Positions 1 to 7,910 of a DNA stretch of 19,044 bases are shown piece by piece. Origin of the DNA: Deltaproteobacteria bacterium. GTDB taxonomy: Bacteria > Myxococcota_A > UBA9160 > SMWR01. Where the stretch lies: contig JAQBGU010000007.1 in the NCBI GenBank assembly GCA_032128375.1, forward strand, positions 1 to 19,044. Direction: 5' to 3'. The position numbers and the translations under genes were made by a program. Each line of letters starts with the position of its first letter. Positions within the stretch are counted from its first letter, which is position 1. Below the pieces are notes generated by a model that had not been told where the DNA came from, ran no database searches, and worked only from the letters and a program-made list of their open reading frames with translations.

Positions 1-656
1 TGCGCGAGGCCGACCACGTGACCCCGCGCAGTGTAGTCCATGCGCAGGTCATCGCCGATCTTACCGACCACGACTTCGCCCGAGTTGATGCCGATCCGAA
101 CCCCGAACGCCAACCCGTGCTGCTGCCGCACTTCGTTCGCGTATTCTCGGACGGCGTCGCGCAGATGTAGAGCCGCATAGCATGCGCGGTGGGCGTGATC
201 CTCGTGCGCGATCGGTGCGCCGAACAACGCCATGATCCCATCGCCCGTGTATTGGTTGACCGTCCCCTCGAAGCGATGAACGCCCTCGCTGAGGATTGCG
301 AAGAAGCGATCCAAAATGGCGTGCCACACCTCGGGATCGAGTTCCTCGGCGAGTTCCATCGACCCCTTCACGTCGGCGAACAGCACGGTCACACGCTTGC
401 GTTCACCCTCGATTGCCGCCTTCGACTGAAGGATTCGAACGGCCAGGTGTTTCGGCGTGTAGTCGCTCGGAGCCCGCGAGAGTGGAGCGCCAGCGGCCCT
501 GTCGATGCCGGCCCCGCACTCGCCACAGAACTTGAACCCCGCCGGGTTTTCGAACCCACAACCCGCGCAGGTCCCCGGCGGGCGCAGCGCGCCGCCGCAC
601 TCGCCACAGAACTTCATCCCCTCGGGATTCTCGAAGCCGCAATCGCTACAGGCCAT
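1..656 (-). CDS. Double zinc-ribbon + class III adenylate/guanylate cyclase protein, 5' part (runs off the window start)
   Basis: Absent from the ORF track because there is no stop in the window. Hand translation from ATG 656: MACSDCGFENPEGMKFCGECG..CAGCGFENPAGFKFCGECG (two zinc ribbons), then EGERKRVTVLFADVKGS, NQYTGDGIMALFGAP and RIGINSGEVVVG cyclase motifs. Confidence 0.93.
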   Translation of the reverse strand, partial: MACSDCGFENPEGMKFCGECGGALRPPGTCAGCGFENPAGFKFCGECGAGIDRAAGAPLSRAPSDYTPKHLAVRILQSKAAIEGERKRVTVLFADVKGSMELAEELDPEVWHAILDRFFAILSEGVHRFEGTVNQYTGDGIMALFGAPIAHEDHAHRACYAALHLRDAVREYANEVRQQHGLAFGVRIGINSGEVVVGKIGDDLRMDYTARGHVVGLA

Positions 657-763
657 GGCTGGGCACCGACTCTACCACGCCTAGCAGCTTTCCTTGCGGC
701 TCCTGCTTTCGAACGATGCGCTTGGGCGACTTGTTCGAATTCTTCCGCGTCGTCGCCTGTACG

Positions 764-1414
764 CTAGAGCCGGTGCTCTACCGCGCAGACTCCGATCGAC
801 TCACCGCATAGCAACCGGCGCAGCGAGATCATGATTTCATCCGCGATCGCACGCGGGTCTGGCCGGCCGTCGCGATCGAGCAACCCCGCAAGCTGGACTT
901 GCAAGACCGCGTTGATGGTCGGTGCGAGCAAGTCCGGATCGCACGGCAGAAACTCACCCGACGCGATGCCATCGATCAGAACCTCGCGCACCGCCATGAG
1001 TCCAGCTTCCCAGCTGTCGCGTGCTTCGTCGCCGCGCGGGTTCAGCCCCCAGGCGTGACCCTCTTGCAGCAGGATGCGGAAGAATCGCCTGTTTTCGGCG
1101 AGGTGCGCGACGATGCCGTGCATCCCCTGGGCGAGTCTCTCGAGCGCCGTGCCCTGCGCGTGCCGCGCGCCTTGGATGGCATCGAGCATAGCGTCACCGC
1201 GGACCGCCAGGATCTCGCGGTAGATTTCGTCTTTTCCGGCGAATGTGGCGTAGAGGGTCTTGAGCGAGATGCCTGCCTCCGCGGCCAGGTCCTGCATTGT
1301 GCTCTCGGCGAACCCCTCTTCCGCGAACACCCGCTCCGCGCACTCGAACACCAGGTCGTGGTACATCCGCGCGCGAGCGGCTGCGACGTTGGATTTTTTC
1401 CGGGTTCGCGGCAA
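764..1414 (-). CDS. TetR/AcrR family transcriptional regulator
   Basis: HTH motif AERVFAEEGFAESTMQDLAAEAGISLKTLYATFAGKDEI; TTG start with GGAG 8 nt upstream. Confidence 0.93.
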   Translation of the reverse strand: MPRTRKKSNVAAARARMYHDLVFECAERVFAEEGFAESTMQDLAAEAGISLKTLYATFAGKDEIYREILAVRGDAMLDAIQGARHAQGTALERLAQGMHGIVAHLAENRRFFRILLQEGHAWGLNPRGDEARDSWEAGLMAVREVLIDGIASGEFLPCDPDLLAPTINAVLQVQLAGLLDRDGRPDPRAIADEIMISLRRLLCGESIGVCAVEHRL

Positions 1415-1632
1415 TCCATATTCTCCAACTGGGGAAGCGACATTCTCTCCTGATTCGATTTCGTATTCAATGCTTGATTGAAATTAGGCCAAAAAATCTG
1501 ACCTTCTGTTCAATTTTGTAAGAATTGTCCGATAACTTTCTGAAAATAAACAGGAAATACGGGTTGCGATTGGATAATTTATATGTATATTTTGGAAAAT
1601 TTATATTCTCCTAATAGGACACAGGATTTTCG
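1415..1632. promoter_or_regulatory. AT-rich divergent promoter region between tetR and WS/DGAT, with candidate operators
   Basis: Markedly AT-rich relative to the flanks; inverted repeat TTCAAT-N5-ATTGAA (1466-1482); direct repeat AATTTATAT at 1576 and 1598. Confidence 0.6.
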
Positions 1633-3081
1633 ATGCCCACCGAGACACCCGACCTCTCTTTCTCGCCCCAGACCCCTTCCGGGCTACCCGGCGCCCCCAG
1701 ACAACTCAGCGATGCAGACGCCATCTTCCTGTCGATGGAGACACCTTCCTCGTCCGGGCATGTGGGAGCGTTGATGCTTCTCGAACCCCCGGACGACGGC
1801 TGTATCGATTTCGAGCGCTTGCGCACCCACATCAGGTCGCGCGTCTCACTCGTGCCGCGCTTGGGCTGGAAGTTGAAATCGGTTTCGTTCGGAGTCGACC
1901 GCCCGTACTGGGTCGAGGCGCCGGAGTTCGATCCGCGCGACCACATCATCCGCACCGCGATCCCGTCACCGGGCACGATGAAGCAATTGACCGCGCTGGT
2001 CGGTCGGCTTCACGCGCAGCCGATGGATCGAGCGCGCCCGCTGTGGGAAGTGTGGTGCATCGAGGGTCTCGAGGGCGGGCGCGTCGCCGTCTACCTGAAG
2101 ACCCACCACTGCCTGGTCGACGGAGCTGGCGGTGCTGGGCTTGGTGAAATCATGGCCGACCTGACGCCCGATGCGACCGCACCCCCCTTTGTCCCGGATG
2201 GCTTCAACGAAGCGCCTCCGACACCCCCCTCCGCGATGCACCTGGCGAAGTGTGCGCTGAGCAATGCGCTGAGCCGGCCGTCGCGACTCGCCAGTCACCT
2301 GGGCCGCGGAATCCAACACTGGATGCGTACAGTCCAAGAGCGCGCCGACGATGGCGGTGTAGAGCGGCTTGCGTTCAATCGCAATATCAGCCGCAGGCGA
2401 AGCATCGCGACGGCCTCGATCGAACTCGAGCGGGTGCTCGACTTGAAGAAACACTTCGATGTCAAAGTCAATGACGTCGTGCTCGAGATCGTCGGGTCAG
2501 CGGTGAGTCGTTGGCTGCGCGAACAGGGTAGGAAATCCCAGCGATCGGTGTTTGCCATGTGCCCGATCTCGACGCGCGGCAGCGACAACGGACTGGGCAA
2601 CCAGATCACCAACATGACGGTGTCGCTCGCCACCGACCTCGCCGACCCGGCTGCGCGCTTGCGCAAGATTCACGAGAACTCGACCGCCGCAAAGCTCGGT
2701 GTCGAGAAGGGCTCGTTCGATTGGATGGCGATCATGGCTGAGTCGTTCGCGCCCGGCGTCGCAGAGTGGATGATGAAAGCTGCGGATCTCGTGGGCGATC
2801 TGGGCCTGCTGCCCGGAAACTTCGTCGTGTCGAATGTTCGTGCAACCCCCGTCCCGTTGTACATGGCGGGCGCGCGCATCGCGTCGATCATGCCGCTATC
2901 GATGTTGACCGTCGGACAGGGGCTGAACTTCACAGTCGTGAGCTACTGCGACCACATCGACGTCGGCATCATCGTCGACCCCGAGTTGGTACCCGACCCG
3001 TGGGCGCTCGCCGATCACCTGAAGACCGCGCTCGAGGAACTGGAAATGGCGGCCGAAGGGGTGATCCACCAGTCCCGCTAG
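1633..3081 (+). CDS. Wax ester synthase/diacylglycerol O-acyltransferase (WS/DGAT)
   Basis: 482 aa; LSDADAIFLSME...HVG N-terminus, MDRARPLWE, catalytic HHCLVDG (HHxxxDG), KVNDVVL, NFVVSNV..P.PLYMAGA; AGGA RBS. Confidence 0.96.
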   Translation: MPTETPDLSFSPQTPSGLPGAPRQLSDADAIFLSMETPSSSGHVGALMLLEPPDDGCIDFERLRTHIRSRVSLVPRLGWKLKSVSFGVDRPYWVEAPEFDPRDHIIRTAIPSPGTMKQLTALVGRLHAQPMDRARPLWEVWCIEGLEGGRVAVYLKTHHCLVDGAGGAGLGEIMADLTPDATAPPFVPDGFNEAPPTPPSAMHLAKCALSNALSRPSRLASHLGRGIQHWMRTVQERADDGGVERLAFNRNISRRRSIATASIELERVLDLKKHFDVKVNDVVLEIVGSAVSRWLREQGRKSQRSVFAMCPISTRGSDNGLGNQITNMTVSLATDLADPAARLRKIHENSTAAKLGVEKGSFDWMAIMAESFAPGVAEWMMKAADLVGDLGLLPGNFVVSNVRATPVPLYMAGARIASIMPLSMLTVGQGLNFTVVSYCDHIDVGIIVDPELVPDPWALADHLKTALEELEMAAEGVIHQSR

Positions 3082-3483
3082 CAGCCTACACGGGGCAGGT
3101 GCGGACGAGCGAAGACGCCGACGCCGCCCAGAGCGAGCCCGAGAAGCGCCAGCCACATCGCATTCAATGGAACGGCGGCCGCATGATTGGCGGCTTCGAG
3201 GTTTGCGGCACCGGACGCATCGAAGCTGACGGACAGAGTTCCGAGCGATTCGAGCGCGATCCTCTCCCCGAACGAATCGAGCAGCTGGAGATTCGGATAG
3301 CGCTCTCCGACCCGAGGCGGCCAGATGTGGTCGGGCTTCGGGGCTTCCGGTTCGGGATCTACTGCTGCGGCGACAACCGGCTCGGCCTCGACTTCGACCC
3401 TGCAGCCGGTCCCGAAACACCGTACAAGCGAGCACAGCCAGGGCAGCTCGCCGGATGCCAAATTGCCACACACAGTTGTTCAT
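3078..3483 (-). pseudogene. Frameshifted chimeric gene: lipoprotein/redoxin-like N-terminus joined to a CTERM-type sorting tail
   Basis: ATG 3483 gives MNNCVWQFGIRRAALAVLACTVF. Removing one base from the A3 run at 3415-3417 continues it as GTGC (lipobox-like)...WPPRVGERYPNLQLLDSFGERIALESL, then AVPLNAMWLALLGLALGGVGVFARP. Confidence 0.55.
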
Positions 3484-3527
3484 CTCGTGATCCGTCCGAT
3501 GAGTGCCACATCGGCCAGCCGCGAGAT

Positions 3528-5042
3528 TCAGTTGACTTCGATCGGCGCAGGTGGATCGGCCCACAGCGGCTGCGTGTCGAGCGGTTTCAGGCTTCGGCCC
3601 TTCAGCGCTGGGTGATCGATCGGGATTCGCGTACTGCGGAAGATCGCGTAGGGAAGACCTTCGATGCCCGGCGTGGCCGGCTTTCCGTCTGCCATGACAA
3701 TGTTGCCGCTGTAGGGATTGCGGTACTCCCAGACGATCTTGCCCTCGGGTGACAACTCGAGCAGTATGCCGTCCGTACCAGCACACACGAAGGTGTTTCC
3801 GTTTGGCAATCGGTGTGCTCCCGAAATGAACGGGGCGAAGCGGTCCGGCGGCAACTGGGCGGTCCAAGCCAAATCGGCCGGGCCATACGCTGCGCCTTTC
3901 GCGATCGCGTAGGTTCCATCCGGCTCGCGTGGCGGTGTGATCTCGTCCACCGAAGAGAACGCACCCGCGGGTCGATCACGACCGTTGTTGAAGATCGTCA
4001 AGTTGCCGGCGCGCGCCCAGCCTTCGGGGATCCAACGCACGTCGTGTTGGTAAAAGAGGCGCTTAGAGGATTCATCGCCCCGACCGTAAGTGGTCGGGTT
4101 GCCCCAACGGTAGAGGATGTCGCCTCCCTTGCCGGCGCGACCTCCTTGCGACCCCCGGGCCTCTTCTGTCGTCGTCGAGTGATCCAGGATCCAGACCTCG
4201 CCCAATGAGGGCACCGAGATGGCGATCTGGTCGAGGCCCGCGTGATAATCGATCGCGTTGGCGTGCAGGAAGTCGATCCGCACATCTTCGGGCTCCGCTT
4301 CGGCGGCGACGTATCCCAATGCCTTCAGCTGCTCGAGTTCGTCGTCGCTGATCGCCGACACCCCTGCGTCGGCGTTCAGATCGAGGCGCTCCGGCCGCTC
4401 CGCGGGGTTTCCGTAGTGGGGAAGAGTCGCGTCTTGGTTCTGCACGAGGTGATCCCAGACGTGCCACTGCCAGACGATCTTCGCGCCGTCGGGGCGGACC
4501 GGAGAAATCTCCACCACGAACTCCGGCATCAACCCCTGGTCGGTAACCGCTTCCGGCCGGCGCCCCGCTGCAATCGCCTCTTCGCGCGTCTTCACCTCCC
4601 AGCCGAGCGCCAGAATGTTTCCGTTCGGGAGCCGCGAGATGTCGTGATGCAGCACACGCTTGCTGTCGCCGAGCTTCCACTCCCACAGCAGCTTGGCGTT
4701 CCAATCGAGTTCCTGCAGCCCGCCGCTGACACCGCCCTGGCGGAAGTGCAGAATTTCCGGATCGCGAAACCCCCGCAGCAGTGTTCCATCGGCTTCCAGA
4801 TAGTGGGAAATCCCTGCGTAAACATTGTCCCACGTGTGGACGACGTTGCCGTCATTCGCCATCAAGAACACGGTGCCGGACTTGGAAGGACTGAATAATA
4901 CGTAACCCGGTGTTGCCTCCGATGTATTGCTCATGAGACCGCGCGGCATCGCGGGTGGAGGCATGGGAGGAATCTGGGCATGGGCGCTCGTCGCACCGAG
5001 AACCAGGGCGATCAGTAGTTCGGGCATCCAGGTGATTCGCAT
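3528..5042 (-). CDS. Secreted aryl-sulfate sulfotransferase (ASST family)
   Basis: Motifs HHDISRLPNGN, DFLHANAIDY, LYRWGNP, YQHD, ISGAHRLPNGNT, IVWEY; signal peptide ending SAHA|Q. Start uncertain (5042 chosen; the ORF is open to 5084). Confidence 0.9.
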   Translation of the reverse strand: MRITWMPELLIALVLGATSAHAQIPPMPPPAMPRGLMSNTSEATPGYVLFSPSKSGTVFLMANDGNVVHTWDNVYAGISHYLEADGTLLRGFRDPEILHFRQGGVSGGLQELDWNAKLLWEWKLGDSKRVLHHDISRLPNGNILALGWEVKTREEAIAAGRRPEAVTDQGLMPEFVVEISPVRPDGAKIVWQWHVWDHLVQNQDATLPHYGNPAERPERLDLNADAGVSAISDDELEQLKALGYVAAEAEPEDVRIDFLHANAIDYHAGLDQIAISVPSLGEVWILDHSTTTEEARGSQGGRAGKGGDILYRWGNPTTYGRGDESSKRLFYQHDVRWIPEGWARAGNLTIFNNGRDRPAGAFSSVDEITPPREPDGTYAIAKGAAYGPADLAWTAQLPPDRFAPFISGAHRLPNGNTFVCAGTDGILLELSPEGKIVWEYRNPYSGNIVMADGKPATPGIEGLPYAIFRSTRIPIDHPALKGRSLKPLDTQPLWADPPAPIEVN

Positions 5043-5188
5043 ATCGGAATTCATCCTCAGTACGCAACGCATCCGCGGTGACAAACAGCGTGCCGCGGAA
5101 CATCGTAGCCGACCGAGCCTTTGCGGGTTTCAGGGTTTGGATCGGAATCTGAGTTCTTAGAGCCAGCGGGAGGGGATCCCGAGCGGCC

Positions 5189-5275
5189 TATCCGCTCGAT
5201 CGAATCGAGGAGCTGACGCCCAGGCTGTGGAAGCACCACTTCGGCGACGACCCGATGCGTTCGATGACGGATCGC
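5189..5275 (+). pseudogene. tnpC: IS66-family transposase extreme C-terminal remnant
   Basis: Translates YPLDRIEELTPRLWKHHFGDDPMRS, resembling the recalled IS66 TnpC tail (HP..RV.ELTPR.WK..F...P.RS); an in-frame stop lies just upstream. Confidence 0.65.
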
Positions 5276-5292
5276 GGACCTGCACGATTCCA

Positions 5293-5353
5293 GGGCATCA
5301 CCTGGCGTAGCGCCTGCGGCTTGCGTGCCAGTTCGTTCGAGATAGTGGCGGTA
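5293..5353 (-). pseudogene. istA: IS21-family IstA internal micro-fragment with a 1-nt frameshift
   Basis: YRHYL(E), then shifted by one base ELARKPQALRQVMP, matching the recalled IstA motif YRHYLxxLxRKPxAxR. Confidence 0.6.
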
Positions 5354-5356
5354 CTA

Positions 5357-5592
5357 GCCATCGGACCCTCCGAGACGCGGAACATCGCGGACCAGATCGA
5401 GCGGCTGCGCGAAGCCGGGCTCAGCATCGTTCTCATCAGCCACGACCTTCACGACGTCATGGCGCTAGCCGACCGGATCGTCGTGATGAGGTCCGGCCAC
5501 GCGGCGTCCATGCCGCCGCAGAGCTGACGTCGGACGAGCTACTCACGATGATCGTGCCGAGCGAGTTGAACCGGAGAACTCTCGCGCCCTGA
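5357..5592 (+). pseudogene. Sugar-type ABC transporter ATP-binding protein, C-terminal remnant
   Basis: AIGPSETRNIADQIERLREAGLSIVLISHDLHDVMALADRIVVMRSG (H-loop), frameshift near 5500, then ELTSDELLTMIV...TGA 5592; no Walker A/B or signature motif. Confidence 0.8.
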
Positions 5593-5622
5593 CCCGCGCT
5601 CGGAGTTACACCCGCCCGGGCA

Positions 5623-7143
5623 CTACCAACGCCACCTGGATGCCCGTCGAACGAGAGGGACTGTCTGAATCGCGTCACAGCCCTCGAAGGGCGTCCCGTC
5701 CAGTAGCGCTCCCCGGATGCAGGCCTCCTCCTGATCGAATGCGATGCCGGTCTCCCGTGCGCGGAAGTGGCCGAGCAGATCCGGAAGACCGTCGTGATTC
5801 GTGTCCTTCACGTGCGGGCAGTTCCGGTGGGCCAGAGGAGCGGCTTCGGGGCCAAAGGTGAGAGTCGTGACGTCGACGTCCGCGATGTCGAAGGTGTCGA
5901 ATCCTAGAATGGCGACCGGGATGCGCCCGCGACTCGCGGGGTTCACGAAGTTCGCGTCACTCCGCGGTCTGATGTTGATGTCTACAGTGACGGTGGGGTC
6001 GCCGAGATCGGCGATCCAAGCCTCCGTGTTCCCGGCTGGATTGATGCCCGTGCCCACGATCACCATGCCATCCCCGGAGATTCCGCTCACCCCTTCGAGA
6101 GTCCAGCCTTCGATGTCGAGTCCCAGCCCACTGATAACTGCGTGCAAGTCCCGCATTCCGGTGAGCCGGTCCCATACGAATGCTCTAGTGCTTGCGACTT
6201 GAACCGAGATTCCGCGAGGTCCGTCAAAAACCGAGATTCCGCCAAGTCCGTCAAAGCGCGATACAGACCCTCCGACGGTTCGCCCGTCGCCCGAAGTGGC
6301 CGAACCGACGCTCGCGACATCATCCTCGCCGAGAAATCCGATACCCACCATTCCGGTGGCGTCGGTCCAGACAAAAGCCTGGGAACCGAGATCGGAAGAG
6401 CTGGCGCCTACCACCGTCGAGCCATCCCCCGAAATGGCGCTTGCACTACTCCGGTACACACCGCCTGGAAGATCTCCCAGCCCAATCATCCCCGCGGCCT
6501 CGGTCCAGACGAATGCTTCCGTCCAGCCAACAGCCTGCGAAAGCTCCGAGTAGCTATCGCCAACCACGATGGACCCATCGGCCGAAACATCATGGGCCCT
6601 GCTGGCAAAGTTACCGCCAGGCAGGTCGCCGAGCCGCTGAAAGCCACCCTCCTGTGTCCAGCGAAAAGCTTCGGGGCCATCCTCCGAATGACTCGAGCCA
6701 ACGACGACAGATCCGTCCGCGGAAACTCCGCTCGCACCGTTGGGAGAAAATCTCGCATCGCCACCGGGAATGGTACCCAGGTCGACGAGACCCCCTTGCT
6801 CCGTAAAGCGAAAGGGCGTATAGCTGCTGCCGACCACTACGGAACCATCCGCGGATACCGCCGAGCTGCTACTGGGGCGACCGAATCCATTGGGTCCCAC
6901 GTGAAGTTGGCCGAGGCTCAGCATCTCGGCATCGCCCGTCCACCGAAAGGCCTCGCTACCTCGACTGGTTGTGCTCGCGCCCACCACGGTGCTCCCGTCA
7001 GCGGAGATCCCCAACGCCCTGCTGTCGAAGGTGGCGACGGATAGAGCGCCAAGGCCTCGGAACGATGGGATCGCGGAGGCGCTGGAAGCGATGCCGATGA
7101 CGAGGCCAACGACGGCTCCCAGGGAGCGAGGATCAACGAGCAT
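5623..7143 (-). CDS. Secreted HAF-repeat (extracellular repeat, probable beta-propeller) protein with a C-terminal beta-rich domain
   Basis: Signal peptide ending ASA; repeated A.GVSADGSVVVG...EAFRWT...GM..LGDLPGG units; C-terminal VDINIRP...NP.SRG.IPVAILG...DTNHDGLPDL module; AAGGA RBS. Confidence 0.88.
   Translation of the reverse strand: MLVDPRSLGAVVGLVIGIASSASAIPSFRGLGALSVATFDSRALGISADGSTVVGASTTSRGSEAFRWTGDAEMLSLGQLHVGPNGFGRPSSSSAVSADGSVVVGSSYTPFRFTEQGGLVDLGTIPGGDARFSPNGASGVSADGSVVVGSSHSEDGPEAFRWTQEGGFQRLGDLPGGNFASRAHDVSADGSIVVGDSYSELSQAVGWTEAFVWTEAAGMIGLGDLPGGVYRSSASAISGDGSTVVGASSSDLGSQAFVWTDATGMVGIGFLGEDDVASVGSATSGDGRTVGGSVSRFDGLGGISVFDGPRGISVQVASTRAFVWDRLTGMRDLHAVISGLGLDIEGWTLEGVSGISGDGMVIVGTGINPAGNTEAWIADLGDPTVTVDINIRPRSDANFVNPASRGRIPVAILGFDTFDIADVDVTTLTFGPEAAPLAHRNCPHVKDTNHDGLPDLLGHFRARETGIAFDQEEACIRGALLDGTPFEGCDAIQTVPLVRRASRWRW
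6202..6255. repeat. 27-bp tandem duplication, 2 copies, in frame within the HAF gene
   Basis: aaccgagattccgcgaggtccgtcaaa / aaccgagattccgccaagtccgtcaaa, 25/27 identical; encodes FDGLGGISV-FDGPRGISV. Confidence 0.95.
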
Positions 7144-7362
7144 TGAGGCTATCCTTCTTTCGGCTCGGCGAGAGCTTATTCCAGCGCCCCCCCTTTCGCA
7201 GTGGGTTTGGGGTCTCTTGGAGCGATTGTGGGCTGGGCCCTCTGCGCAGACTGCCTATCCATCGTTCGGCAAAGCCGTACTGAAAAAGAGAGCGAAAAGC
7301 CGTGCGGATCTGCTCCAGCGCAAGCCCATCGACTCGGTCCTGGAAGTAGGTCCGGTAGGTCT

Positions 7363-7620
7363 GTTATCGCGAATCAGATATCGACCCGGCAGGTCGAATG
7401 GGCAGGCCTCAACCACCTGTTGAGCTGTCCACGGCGCGGTCGGATGCTTGGTCACGTTGAAGTGAAGGACTCGTCGCCGCTGAACGCTCAGGACAAAGAA
7501 CACATAGACGATGCCATAGGTCACGGTCGGCACGACTGCAAAGTCGATTGCGAGGGTCTCGTGCAGATGGTTGTGCAGAAAGGTCGCCAATCCTTGCTGC
7601 GAACCCGTCGCGGGAGGGTG
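7363..7620 (-). pseudogene. Integrase core (rve/DDE) transposase remnant, truncated at both ends
   Basis: TFLHNHLHETLAIDFAVVPTVTYGIVYVFFVLSVQRRRVLHFNVTKHPTAPWTAQQVVEACPFD..RYLIRDN; similarity ends around the second catalytic Asp and the Glu region is missing. Confidence 0.85.
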
Positions 7621-7772
7621 CTTCCTCGTCGAGGCGATCGGCGATCTGGATGGAGGTTCGTGGTGCCAAATGGGTCCTTCACAATTTGTTGTTTCCTGCG
7701 CAGAATGATCACGCCTTGGGAAGGGCTTGAGTGCTGTGTGCGCGTTGATTCAATATTGGACACACGGAATCT

Positions 7773-7910
7773 GGGCTTGTCCCTTTCGGTGTTGAATCTC
7801 CGAGAGCAGCGACTCCGTCTTGAACGATCTTACGAGGCTTCGTGTCCTTCGTGAAGCGATTTCTCGTGACGCCGAAGAGCCTCCACGAGAGTTGCCATGT
7901 CTCTTATTAC
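7773..7910 (-). mobile_element. IS256-family remnant, 3' piece: transposase tail plus right terminal inverted repeat
   Basis: VIRDMATLVEALRRHEKSLHEGHEAS* (7830-7910), then GATTCAACACCGAAAGGGACAAGCCC ending at 7773, which resembles recalled IS256-type ends. Confidence 0.7.

Noticed and set aside
514..645. Direct repeat ccgcactcgccacagaact
   Set aside because: Explained by the two zinc-ribbon units of the cyclase.
7730..7765. tgtgtgcgcgttgattcaatattggacacac as a further transposon end
   Set aside because: No matching partner end in the window and no family I can assign.
5143..7773. CGGAATCTG at 5143-5151 and 7765-7773 as a target-site duplication
   Set aside because: Both copies lie on the same side of the IS256 end, no IR adjoins the first, and a 9-mer match is plausible by chance.
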